A stretch of 24,302 nucleotides of DNA from Pseudobdellovibrionaceae bacterium (GTDB lineage: Bacteria; Bdellovibrionota; Bdellovibrionia; Bdellovibrionales; Bdellovibrionaceae). Below, piece after piece: positions 6,644 through 15,099 of the stretch; positions within the stretch are counted from its first letter, which is position 1, and the number at the start of each line of letters is the position of its first letter. The notes beneath the pieces were generated by a model. It did no database searches. It saw only the letters and a program-made list of their open reading frames with translations, and was not told the origin of the DNA. Position numbers and translations under genes: made by a program. The stretch lies in contig JBGGMM010000025.1 in NCBI GenBank assembly GCA_041288045.1, positions 1 through 24,302 of the forward strand, read 5' to 3'.

Positions 6644-9634
6644 CTAAAGCTGGATGCCGATGGTGAAGCGTTGGCCTTCGTCATAGGTTTTGTCTTGAGG
6701 GGTGTACCATCCCGCAAAGACTGTCATTGGAAAGTGGTAGCCCAAGGTGATGTCCAATTTCAGTTCAAGACCTGTGCTCCAGTAAGTGTGCCAAGGATCG
6801 ATTCGTTCATAAAGACCGCGGTCGTTGCTGTAGGCATAGCCATCCACGGTAGCACCATCCGCAATGACGGCTCCATGCACGCGTTTAAAGAATATCGGCG
6901 CTGTTCCTCCGCCGTGATAAATGTACCAAATCGGAAAGCGGTACTCGAAAGTGTAGTTGGCAATGCTCTTTCCTAGAAACTGCCCATTCAAATAGCCGCG
7001 CATGATGTAAGTCGGGCCCAGGGCATTTGCAAAAGGCACATAGGGAACAGTGTAAGAGTAATTGGCAAGGCCCACATTCTGATCTGTGAAAAGACCCTGC
7101 AGCCGGTACATGATCGCATGATGTCGCGGCAACCATTTCGAAAGATACTGCTGATAGGATAAATGATACTGACGAAAACTTTCGCTCAGACCCCCACCTT
7201 CTTTGAAATCAGTGGCGGAAAAATTAAAAAGAAGTCCCGATTCAGGAGTAACCTGAGCACCTGACATGGACAGTGACGAATAAGCCGCCAAAAGCGAAGG
7301 ACCATGGGCTTCAGTTTCGGCATTGCGATAGCTCTCGCTCTGAAAACTGTAATTGACGTTGCTGTAATCTCGGCCCAACCAGCGATAACCAACACCGGCG
7401 AAGAAATCAGAGCCAATTTGTGGAACTTCCCAAAGAGCGTCAGTTTCATAATCCTGCTGACGAAAATCAATATTGGTGTTGACCACCGATGTGTTGTAAT
7501 CAAGCGCTTTCACCAGCACTGTCGCTTGAGTCGTATTGTTGGTGTAAAGAAACTGCGAGCTGGTTTCTTGCGTTTCCGTTTCATGGGCGGCAGCGACACT
7601 GTAGGCATGCTTTTGCAGTGGATCCGCAGCTGCCGTCGCGGCACCAATCACAGCTCCGCCATCATAAAAATAGAGATTCGGAAGCCAGAACCTCGGAAGC
7701 ATCCAGGGCCAAGCTGAATAGTCATCAGCTGGTGGCTTTTCAATCGAAGACACTTGATGGTTCAGTGCTGGATAGCGATCGGCAAGCAAGGGTTGAACCT
7801 TGGGCAACGAAGCTGGCAACGCAGGCCCATTTTTCAGTGAGAGAGTGCGAATCTGAAAGCCATTTGTCGTCAATTCGCTCACATAAAGCTCGTCTCGATC
7901 CGCATCCATTGAAGAACTGCTGATAAAAGTCGAGCTGTGGCTGACCGGGCGGACAGTGCGAAAATCAGGAGTCGTCAAATAGACATTGGAAATTCCATTC
8001 ATTGTCGAAGAAAACAAAATCCCTTTTTTGCTCACAGAAGCAAATCGAGTGTCCGGATACTGGGAAAGAACCTCTTGGACCTGCAAAGAAGGAAGAGAAA
8101 TTTTCTTTAAAGTCTCTCGACCATCCGTTCTTTCAGAAAACAAAACTTCTGAATTCGAGAGAAAAACTGGAATCGAAATCCTCGTTTGCAAAGCGGGTGA
8201 ATAAATGATCTTCGAAGTTTTCTCTGTCAAATCGAATAAAGCCAAGTGAGTCCGGCCCGCTTCCAATTTCACAAAGACCAAGCTCTTTGAATCCGGCGAG
8301 ACCGCAGCTTCACGGGCTCTTTCTCGATAAGTGATTCTTTCCACTTTCATTTTGCGCAAATCAAAAAGATGCAAATCTGAAATTTCATGATAGCGATCTG
8401 GTACATCCGATTTATCAAAAACAAAGCGCAAGGAGTCCGGAAACCAAGCCAGTCGCTGAATGGTTCCGCCAGGAGGAGAATCTGCGCCTTCACGCTCATC
8501 AATTCGTCGTGGGGAGGGGTTGAGCTCAGGCAAAGTCTCGCCAAAGCGCTGACCGATTTCGGCCAGTTCCTGAGAGCCATCAAAAGGCACATCCAAAGAA
8601 GGACGCACCAGAATCCGAACCGATCTTTTGTTGGAATCACTTTTCGAAAGAAAAACCATTTTCAATCCATCAGGACTGATGACAGGATGAAAATTTTCGA
8701 TTCCATTTTTAACTGTCAGAGTCGGGCCTTGAGAAAAAGCCACTTTGCCAAGCTCAGCAACCTGAAACTGCACTTTCTTTTGCAGACTGTCCTTCATGTC
8801 CACAAATAATTGATAGTAGCTAGCGCCGGTCTGGTCTTGAATTGGAGCTTCCAAAAAATAAGGCATGCGTCCGCCATAACGACTGAGAAGCTCCTGCATG
8901 TTCTTGGCGCCATACCGGGCAATCAGCTCACTCCACATCAAAGAGCCAAACAGATAAGGGCGTCCCCCCTGCGGCCAAGTGTGAATGCTGGTTTCATTGA
9001 TTTCGGCCAATTGCACGGACTGCAATTTATTTTCAAGCACGTAAGCTCGGATCGAGCCATCTTGATAAGGGGATTTCAAGCGGCCTTTGTTGCTGCTTCT
9101 AGTTTCTAAATCCACAGCCAATCCTTCGAGCCACCAGCGGGGCAAAAGAATATTCGGAGTGATGATGCTGCCAAAAGTGTAGTAGAGGCCTTTGATCACT
9201 CCTCGTCGCGGCTGAAAAGAGAGAGAATGTGTGTATTCATGCAAGGTCAGCTCACGAGCCCAATCGCCGTAATCGCCAATTGTCTCTTGCGGACCAGGCA
9301 AAGCCGGATAGAGCATCATTGTTTGATAGGGAATCGGAGTCGCGTAGCCATTGGTCAGGTCCGTGCGATCATTCAAAATTACAGTCACTCGATCGGGGAA
9401 AATTTGAAAATATTGAGTTAAATATTGGCGGTTGTCCTCAAGCCGATCGGCATAGAGCTCAGCCAGCTCCTGATGTTTTGCATCATAGATCAAGTCAAAA
9501 TGCGGAAGCTTTAAAACTTTCCACTGAATTTCGGGATCAACCTGCGCAAAGCTCAAGCAAGTGATCAATTGGATAGCAAAAAAAATGAAAAAGACAGGCA
9601 ATTGAGTAAAAAGATTCCAATTTAATTTCGACAT
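6644..9634 (-). CDS. Outer-membrane protein: gluzincin-like peptidase domain + TolB/PD40-like beta-propeller + Omp85/BamA-type barrel
   Basis: Signal peptide ending ...CLSFA-Q, HEYTH plus WWLEG zinc motif, propeller repeats (PVISPDG, AWFPDS, AVSPDS), C-terminal MRGY ... EYRFP and a terminal amphipathic strand FTIGIQL. Start is uncertain; ATG 9634 was chosen because 9709 overlaps the pal promoter. Confidence 0.8.
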   Translation of the reverse strand: MSKLNWNLFTQLPVFFIFFAIQLITCLSFAQVDPEIQWKVLKLPHFDLIYDAKHQELAELYADRLEDNRQYLTQYFQIFPDRVTVILNDRTDLTNGYATPIPYQTMMLYPALPGPQETIGDYGDWARELTLHEYTHSLSFQPRRGVIKGLYYTFGSIITPNILLPRWWLEGLAVDLETRSSNKGRLKSPYQDGSIRAYVLENKLQSVQLAEINETSIHTWPQGGRPYLFGSLMWSELIARYGAKNMQELLSRYGGRMPYFLEAPIQDQTGASYYQLFVDMKDSLQKKVQFQVAELGKVAFSQGPTLTVKNGIENFHPVISPDGLKMVFLSKSDSNKRSVRILVRPSLDVPFDGSQELAEIGQRFGETLPELNPSPRRIDEREGADSPPGGTIQRLAWFPDSLRFVFDKSDVPDRYHEISDLHLFDLRKMKVERITYRERAREAAVSPDSKSLVFVKLEAGRTHLALFDLTEKTSKIIYSPALQTRISIPVFLSNSEVLFSERTDGRETLKKISLPSLQVQEVLSQYPDTRFASVSKKGILFSSTMNGISNVYLTTPDFRTVRPVSHSSTFISSSSMDADRDELYVSELTTNGFQIRTLSLKNGPALPASLPKVQPLLADRYPALNHQVSSIEKPPADDYSAWPWMLPRFWLPNLYFYDGGAVIGAATAAADPLQKHAYSVAAAHETETQETSSQFLYTNNTTQATVLVKALDYNTSVVNTNIDFRQQDYETDALWEVPQIGSDFFAGVGYRWLGRDYSNVNYSFQSESYRNAETEAHGPSLLAAYSSLSMSGAQVTPESGLLFNFSATDFKEGGGLSESFRQYHLSYQQYLSKWLPRHHAIMYRLQGLFTDQNVGLANYSYTVPYVPFANALGPTYIMRGYLNGQFLGKSIANYTFEYRFPIWYIYHGGGTAPIFFKRVHGAVIADGATVDGYAYSNDRGLYERIDPWHTYWSTGLELKLDITLGYHFPMTVFAGWYTPQDKTYDEGQRFTIGIQL

Positions 9635-9663
9635 GAGGCCAATTGCAGCATGACTCTCAAGGT

Positions 9664-9692
9664 TTGACAAATTGATACGTGAAGCTAACAAT
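9664..9692 (+). promoter_or_regulatory. Sigma70-like promoter of the pal operon
   Basis: TTGACA-N17-AACAAT, about 20 nt upstream of the SD AAGGAGG. Confidence 0.55.
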
Positions 9693-9725
9693 TTGTGCTT
9701 GGGTTTCAATTTAAGGAGGACTCGC

Positions 9726-10259
9726 GTGGCAAAAGGAATTGAGAAATTCTCAACATTAGTGATGACAGCAACTTTGGTATTCGCTTTGTCTGCTTGTAGC
9801 AGTAAGAAAAAAGCAGAAGACGCTCCAGCTCCAGATGCATCGGCTGGGACTGAGCAAACAGCTCCTCAAATCGACACTCAACCCATGAACTTCGATGCTG
9901 CTGGCAGTGACAGTGGAAAGATCGATGGTCTTCAATCCATCAATTTCGAATATGACAAAGCTTCTTTGAGTTCTGAAGCCAAGAAGAGAATTCAAGGCAA
10001 TGCCAATTGGATGAAAGCCAATCCTAACACTCGTTTGCAAATCGAAGGGCACTGTGACTCTCGAGGCTCGATCGAGTACAACCTTTCTTTGGGTGAGCGA
10101 CGGGCTCAAGCTGTCAAATCTTATATGTCGAGCCTTGGGGTTGCAGCAGGACGACTGTCAATTATCAGTTACGGCAAAGAAAAGCCTCTTTCGGCAGGGG
10201 ACTCAGAATCTGATCACGTCAAGAATCGCCGAGCGAACTTCGTTCCTCTCGGACAGTAA
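9726..10259 (+). CDS. pal: Peptidoglycan-associated lipoprotein (OmpA C-like domain)
   Basis: GTG start after AAGGAGG, lipobox LSAC, INFEYD, IEGHCDSRGSIEYNLSLGERRA, SYGKEKP and NRR motifs. Confidence 0.93.
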   Translation: MAKGIEKFSTLVMTATLVFALSACSSKKKAEDAPAPDASAGTEQTAPQIDTQPMNFDAAGSDSGKIDGLQSINFEYDKASLSSEAKKRIQGNANWMKANPNTRLQIEGHCDSRGSIEYNLSLGERRAQAVKSYMSSLGVAAGRLSIISYGKEKPLSAGDSESDHVKNRRANFVPLGQ

Positions 10260-10265
10260 TCGCCA

Positions 10266-10571
10266 ATGAAAAAGTGGCTTGCGCTTCTGTTCACGGTCGG
10301 TTTTCTCAGCGCCTGTGTGACAGTTTCGCAACCACTGGAAGAATACACTCTGGCTCGAGCCGCTGTCGAAGCGGCCAAGGCAGTGGAAGCGGCCCGGTAT
10401 TCACCGGGCAATTGGCACCAAGCTGAGGAAGCCTACCGCAAAGGTCAGCTCTATTATAAGGAGCAGAACTATCCCGAAGCTCGCCAAGAGTTTGTCAAAG
10501 CCCGGGTTGCGGCCGAAAAAGCTGAAAATTCTGCGCGCTTAATTCGACAAAAAAACGGCGAAGTCCTATAA
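10266..10571 (+). CDS. DUF4398-like alanine-rich helical lipoprotein
   Basis: Lipobox LSAC and Ala-rich helices (ARAAVEAAKAVEAARYSP...AEEAY). This family is commonly next to OmpA-domain genes. Confidence 0.75.
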   Translation: MKKWLALLFTVGFLSACVTVSQPLEEYTLARAAVEAAKAVEAARYSPGNWHQAEEAYRKGQLYYKEQNYPEARQEFVKARVAAEKAENSARLIRQKNGEVL

Positions 10572-10597
10572 TCAAAGCACAAAACAGGAGTTGGTGA

Positions 10598-11275
10598 ATG
10601 AAAAGTGCGAATTACGCCCTGGTCGGATTTCTATTTCTCGGAACAGCTTGCGAAACTTTCATGACCCGTGCAGATGTCAAAGAAGTCGAACAGAAAAGAC
10701 AAATGCAGGATCAAGTGGTGAACTTGCAAAAAACGACGGCTGACACCAACAACCGTTTTGCTGATATTGAGTCGGACCTGCGTTCCTTGAATGGCAAAAT
10801 CGAAGTGCTTGAAAATAAATTATCTCAAAGCGGTCAGGATCGGGAAAAGCTCCGAGCGGCGAACGATCAATCTCAAGCCGACAGCACCAAGAAAATTCAA
10901 ATCCTGCAAGAGGAAATTGCTCGCATGCAAGAGCAAATAGGGACTTTGAGTGCTGAACTCAATGCCATGAAAACGGCCGCGGCCAGCCATGAATCCGCCA
11001 GCTCCTCTGGTGGGAAAAAAGATCTGTTTGATATCGCTGAGGACCTTTTCGAAAAAAAGGAATGGCGAAAAGCGATTTTGAATTATCAAAAATTCCGCGA
11101 CGCCAATCCAAAGAGCAAACATTTCGCCGAGGCCACTTATAAAATTGGTGTTTGCTTTCAAGAGCTCGGAATGAAAGATGAAGCCAAAACTTTTTACGAT
11201 GAAGTGATTTCCAAAAATCCCAATTCGGCGGATGCTAAAAAAGCCAAGACCCGCTTGAAGACTCTCAAAAAGTGA
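10598..11275 (+). CDS. cpoB: Tol-Pal-associated CpoB/YbgF-like protein (coiled coil + TPR)
   Basis: Signal peptide ending GTAC, long coiled coil, C-terminal TPRs (AILNYQKFRDANPKS...ATYKIG...AKTFYDEVISKNPNS). Located downstream of pal. Confidence 0.8.
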   Translation: MKSANYALVGFLFLGTACETFMTRADVKEVEQKRQMQDQVVNLQKTTADTNNRFADIESDLRSLNGKIEVLENKLSQSGQDREKLRAANDQSQADSTKKIQILQEEIARMQEQIGTLSAELNAMKTAAASHESASSSGGKKDLFDIAEDLFEKKEWRKAILNYQKFRDANPKSKHFAEATYKIGVCFQELGMKDEAKTFYDEVISKNPNSADAKKAKTRLKTLKK

Positions 11276-12321
11276 TCTCTCTTTGTTTGGCCATTGAAAC
11301 CAGTTGTGATGACACTTCGGTTGCGCTTGTCGAAGCCGATGGCCAGGTTCGTGCTTTGGTTTCTGCCAATCAGGATTTGGCGCATGCGCCATTTGGCGGA
11401 ATTGTCCCTGAAATTGCCTGTCGCAATCACTCTCTGAACCTGTTGCCGTTGATTGAACAGGTGTTCAAAAAATCAAATATCAGCTGGGAGCAAGTGGGCG
11501 GCATTGTTGTCACCAATCGGCCCGGCCTGATCGGCTCTTTGATTGTCGGAATCGTTACTGCGAAAAGCTTGGCTCAAGCTCGCAAGCTGCCATTGATCGG
11601 GGTCAACCATTTGGAAGGCCACATTCTTGCGCCTTTTTTAAAAGACGAATCCTATCAGCCGACTTTTCCCTATGAAAAACCATTTTTGGCTTTGGCTATC
11701 AGCGGGGGGCACACCAGCCTTTATCATGTGAAGTCTTTTGGCGATTATCACATTCTGGGGGCGACTTTGGATGATGCTGCTGGTGAAGCTTTTGATAAAT
11801 TCGGTAAAATGGCAGGGCTTGGGTTTCCGGGCGGGGTCAAAGTCGATCAGCTCTCAAAAAATGGCAACGTGAAGGCCTATGATTTTCCCAGAAGCATGAT
11901 CAAAGAAGACAATTATCTGATGAGCTTTTCTGGTTTGAAAGCTTCAGCGCAAAGGCTGCTAGAATCCCTGGGGCCTGAAAAAGTGCAGGCGAACCTTGCG
12001 GATCTCTGCGCTTCTTTTCAAGAGGCCATCGTGGATATTCTCATTGCCAAGTTGGATCGAGCGGCCGGAAAAACCGGGATTCGCAACATTGTCATCACCG
12101 GCGGAGTGAGCGCCAATTCTCGCTTGCGGGAACGAGCACAGGCTTGGGCGGCAAAAAACCAATTGAATCTTCTCATCCCGCCCCTTCGTTATTGCACCGA
12201 CAATGCAGCCATGATCGGCTATGCCGGTATTCTTCGTTTCAATCGGGGAGAGCACAGTTCTTTGGATCTAGGGCCCAGTCCCAATTCTTACCCACAAGAT
12301 TTTTTCGGAGAAGGTCGTTGA
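11272..12321 (+). CDS. tsaD: tRNA N6-adenosine threonylcarbamoyltransferase
   Basis: IETSCDDT, GGIVPE, HLEGH, SGGH, DDAAGEAFDK, GGVSAN and CTDNAAMI motifs. GTGA overlap with cpoB. Confidence 0.97.
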   Translation: MISLCLAIETSCDDTSVALVEADGQVRALVSANQDLAHAPFGGIVPEIACRNHSLNLLPLIEQVFKKSNISWEQVGGIVVTNRPGLIGSLIVGIVTAKSLAQARKLPLIGVNHLEGHILAPFLKDESYQPTFPYEKPFLALAISGGHTSLYHVKSFGDYHILGATLDDAAGEAFDKFGKMAGLGFPGGVKVDQLSKNGNVKAYDFPRSMIKEDNYLMSFSGLKASAQRLLESLGPEKVQANLADLCASFQEAIVDILIAKLDRAAGKTGIRNIVITGGVSANSRLRERAQAWAAKNQLNLLIPPLRYCTDNAAMIGYAGILRFNRGEHSSLDLGPSPNSYPQDFFGEGR

Positions 12322-13133
12322 TGTCTGAAACATGGGACCGATTGCAACTCACTTTGGCTGAGCTCGGGATTGAACCGAAAAAATCCTTGGGACAAAATTT
12401 TCTGATCAGTGACCTTGTTATCAAGAAAATCATTCAAGCGGCTCGTGAAACGACCCCAGGGTTTTTAATCGAAATCGGCCCAGGGCCAGGAGCATTGACC
12501 AATCACTTACGGAGTCTCACTGAAAATTTTCAGTTGATTGAGCTCGATCACAAAATTTCCGATTACTGGCGAAAACAGGGAATGAATTTGATCGAAGCCG
12601 ATGCTTTGCAAATGGATTGGTCCGATCTTTTGAAAAAAGAACGGCCGCTTGTTTTGGTCAGCAATCTGCCTTACCAAATTTCTTCAAGCTTGGTGATTGA
12701 AAGATCATTGGATGAAAATCCTTTGGATCGGATGATTCTGATGTTTCAAAAAGAAGTGGCGCAAAGACTCAGGGCCCGGCAACAAGATGAACTCTACGGA
12801 ATGCTCAGTGTGGTGGCCCAAAGCTTCTGGAAAATGGAGACTTTGGCTGATGTGAGTCCACGGGATTTTTTTCCTCCACCCAAAGTGGCCAGTCGGGTTT
12901 TGACTTTCGAAAAGAAAGAAAGCCCTGTGAGCAATAAGAAAAGATACTTAAAATTTGTCAAAGCGGCCTTTCTGCACCCGCGGAAATTGATGGCCTCGAA
13001 TCTTGAAGAAGGCTTCTCCATTTCAAAGGAAAAGACAATGGAAGCCTTAAAAAAGCGTCAATTGAGCGAAAAAGCGAGGGCTGGACAGCTCTCTGTGCAG
13101 CAATTTGTGGATTTTTACCACGAGCTTAGTTAG
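12321..13133 (+). CDS. rsmA: 16S rRNA adenine dimethyltransferase (KsgA)
   Basis: KKSLGQNFL, EIGPGPGALT, SNLPYQISS, MFQKEVA and FFPPPKV motifs. ATG at 12321 overlaps the tsaD stop (TGATG). Confidence 0.96.
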   Translation: MSETWDRLQLTLAELGIEPKKSLGQNFLISDLVIKKIIQAARETTPGFLIEIGPGPGALTNHLRSLTENFQLIELDHKISDYWRKQGMNLIEADALQMDWSDLLKKERPLVLVSNLPYQISSSLVIERSLDENPLDRMILMFQKEVAQRLRARQQDELYGMLSVVAQSFWKMETLADVSPRDFFPPPKVASRVLTFEKKESPVSNKKRYLKFVKAAFLHPRKLMASNLEEGFSISKEKTMEALKKRQLSEKARAGQLSVQQFVDFYHELS

Positions 13134-13144
13134 AAGATCAGAGC

Positions 13145-13600
13145 ATGGGAATCTTGCTCATTTCGGAAAATAAAAAGGCTCGTTTCGATTATCACATTGT
13201 CGAGACCTTCGAAGCTGGCCTGGTGCTCACTGGTAGCGAGGTCAAATCTTTGCGCGAAAGGCAAGTTCAGCTCAAGGATTCCTATGTATCTTTTATTGGC
13301 AGCGAAGCCTTTTTGCAAAATGCCCACATCGCTGAATACAAAAATTCGAGCTATAACAACCATGCTCCTGAGAGGCTTCGAAAGCTGCTTCTCAACCGAC
13401 GCGAGCTCGAAGAAATTTTTGCAGCTCTTCGCGAAAAGGGTCTCACTTGCGTGCCTTTGAAAATTTATTTCAAAGAGGGCCGAGCTAAACTAGAAGTCGC
13501 CCTGGTGAAAGGGAAAAAACAGCACGACAAGCGCGAGGCGATTAAGAAGCGTGACGTTTCGATGGAGCTGAAGAAATCTGTTCAGCGGGGACGGCGTTAG
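13145..13600 (+). CDS. smpB: SsrA-binding protein
   Basis: NKKARFDY, EAGLVLTGSEVKSLR, RKLLL and GKKQHDKR motifs. Confidence 0.98.
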   Translation: MGILLISENKKARFDYHIVETFEAGLVLTGSEVKSLRERQVQLKDSYVSFIGSEAFLQNAHIAEYKNSSYNNHAPERLRKLLLNRRELEEIFAALREKGLTCVPLKIYFKEGRAKLEVALVKGKKQHDKREAIKKRDVSMELKKSVQRGRR

Positions 13601-14228
13601 AATTCGGAAGCCCTAGTTGGCTTCGCTTCATTTCAATCAGATTTTTCAAAGTCATATAGGTTTGACGATCCCTTGGATCCAGACCGATGGATTCCAGCGC
13701 TGTCAATTCGGCCTGTGTGTGAACTCGCAAAGTTCGATACAGATAGGAATAAGTGCTCACCAAAGACTGAAATTCGTCTTTCGTGCGAGTTTGAAAATCT
13801 TCGGTGCTCCAGTCCCCTAAAGTCACTCGCTTCATGTGTCGTTCAATGGCCCAAATCGGACCGGCAATCAGACCCATCAATTTGACTGTGAGCCAATAAC
13901 AAAACACGGAAGAAGAAACGGCTGTGAAAGTCATCAGGCCGAACAGAATGTTTTTTTCTCGCTCTAAATGCTGCAAAAGATCTGGACGAACGTCATAGGC
14001 CAAGCGAATGAAAATATCGTAATTGTCGAAAATAAAATAAACGCAGGGCAAAGAAAAAAGCAGAAAGGGGCCGACAACTGCCAAGACGAAATGCCAGGCA
14101 TAGCGATGCTGAAATTGCTGATACAAACTCTGCATCGATTTCTGCGAGGACTGCTGACGCTCAGCTTGCTTTTCAAAATTGGAAAGCCGCTGCCGGTTTT
14201 TTTCAAAGAATCTTCGACCGTAAATCAT
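13542..14228 (-). CDS. Two-TM HAMP-domain membrane protein with no output domain
   Basis: Two hydrophobic segments, then the HAMP pattern GPIWAIERHMKRVTLGD...RTKDEFQSL and a short helical tail. Start is uncertain. Confidence 0.75.
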   Translation of the reverse strand: MIYGRRFFEKNRQRLSNFEKQAERQQSSQKSMQSLYQQFQHRYAWHFVLAVVGPFLLFSLPCVYFIFDNYDIFIRLAYDVRPDLLQHLEREKNILFGLMTFTAVSSSVFCYWLTVKLMGLIAGPIWAIERHMKRVTLGDWSTEDFQTRTKDEFQSLVSTYSYLYRTLRVHTQAELTALESIGLDPRDRQTYMTLKNLIEMKRSQLGLPNSNAVPAEQISSAPSKRHAS

Positions 14229-14236
14229 CAATCATC

Positions 14237-14263
14237 TTATCGTTGTTTCATTCTGAAACTTGA
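14237..14263 (-). promoter_or_regulatory. Sigma28 (FliA)-like promoter
   Basis: TCAAGTTT-N11-AACGATAA versus consensus TAAAGTTT-N11-GCCGATAA (7/8 and 6/8 matches, exact spacing), directly upstream of the HAMP gene. Confidence 0.6.
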
Positions 14264-14331
14264 GAGAGACTGGACCAGAAAGAGGATTTCTTGGCTTGGC
14301 CAAAATCCAGATCTCATTTCTGAGGAAACAA

Positions 14332-15099
14332 ATGAAAAAATGGACTCTTTTTTTGTCCCTGATTCTTGTGGCTTGCTCTTCATCCAAAGAAGCGCCAGAA
14401 AATGCTTATCGAACTGATGATGGACGGCCTTTGGTCGAGGACAAATACTCTTTGCAGGCCGACCGTCAAGCCATGGACCAATTGCGAGCTGGAGTTCCGG
14501 CTGATAAAAAAAGAGAAAATGATGAGCTGGCACTGATCTTAGGTCTGATGTCAGAAGTCAAAAAGCCACCGACGGAGATCCGTCAGCAGTTTGATTCTTT
14601 GCTCAGAAAAAAAAGACAGCAATTTGATAAAGACATCAGCAAAGAAAGAGAAACTTTCACGAAAGAAGAAAGAAAAAAGCGCGAGTCCTTTTTGAAAGAC
14701 CAGCAGCAAAGCCGCGATTCATTCAACCGCGAAAAGCACACTCGGGATGAAAAAAACCAATTTTACAAAGAGCTGGATGAAAAGCGCCCAGAGTTCTTTT
14801 CGGTGGAAAGAGATAAACGAGCTGATTTTGAATCCGATGTCCGCGAAAGAAGAAAAAATTTCGACGATTACGTCCGCAGCAAACAAAACGACTTCAATCA
14901 AGAACATCGAGCTTATAGCAAAAAATATGACGATTGGAAAAAACAGGAACGTGAAAAAGAAAAGCCAATCACCGGGCCTTCCAACCTGAACTCTTCACAG
15001 TCCTTCGTCAATGACATGAGTCCCGAAGCCGAAGCTTTAGAGAGAGAGCTGCAAATCATCCGGCAAATCAAGGGAACCTCTCTCGAATCCGGCGAATGA
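14332..15099 (+). CDS. Lipoprotein with charged 11-residue helical repeats
   Basis: ATG 14332 after GAGG, lipobox LVAC, and ten repeats with F at position 4, most beginning R-x-x-F, in 14581-14916. Confidence 0.85.
   Translation: MKKWTLFLSLILVACSSSKEAPENAYRTDDGRPLVEDKYSLQADRQAMDQLRAGVPADKKRENDELALILGLMSEVKKPPTEIRQQFDSLLRKKRQQFDKDISKERETFTKEERKKRESFLKDQQQSRDSFNREKHTRDEKNQFYKELDEKRPEFFSVERDKRADFESDVRERRKNFDDYVRSKQNDFNQEHRAYSKKYDDWKKQEREKEKPITGPSNLNSSQSFVNDMSPEAEALERELQIIRQIKGTSLESGE

Noticed and set aside
6548..6976. 142-aa + strand ORF across the palindrome
   Set aside because: It is antisense to the Omp85-type gene, has a TTG start without an SD and shows no motifs, so it is a shadow ORF.
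13134..13700. tmRNA (ssrA) next to smpB
   Set aside because: There is no intergenic space, and I saw no GGGGC...TCCACCA tRNA-like ends. smpB is flanked by rsmA and an overlapping convergent CDS.
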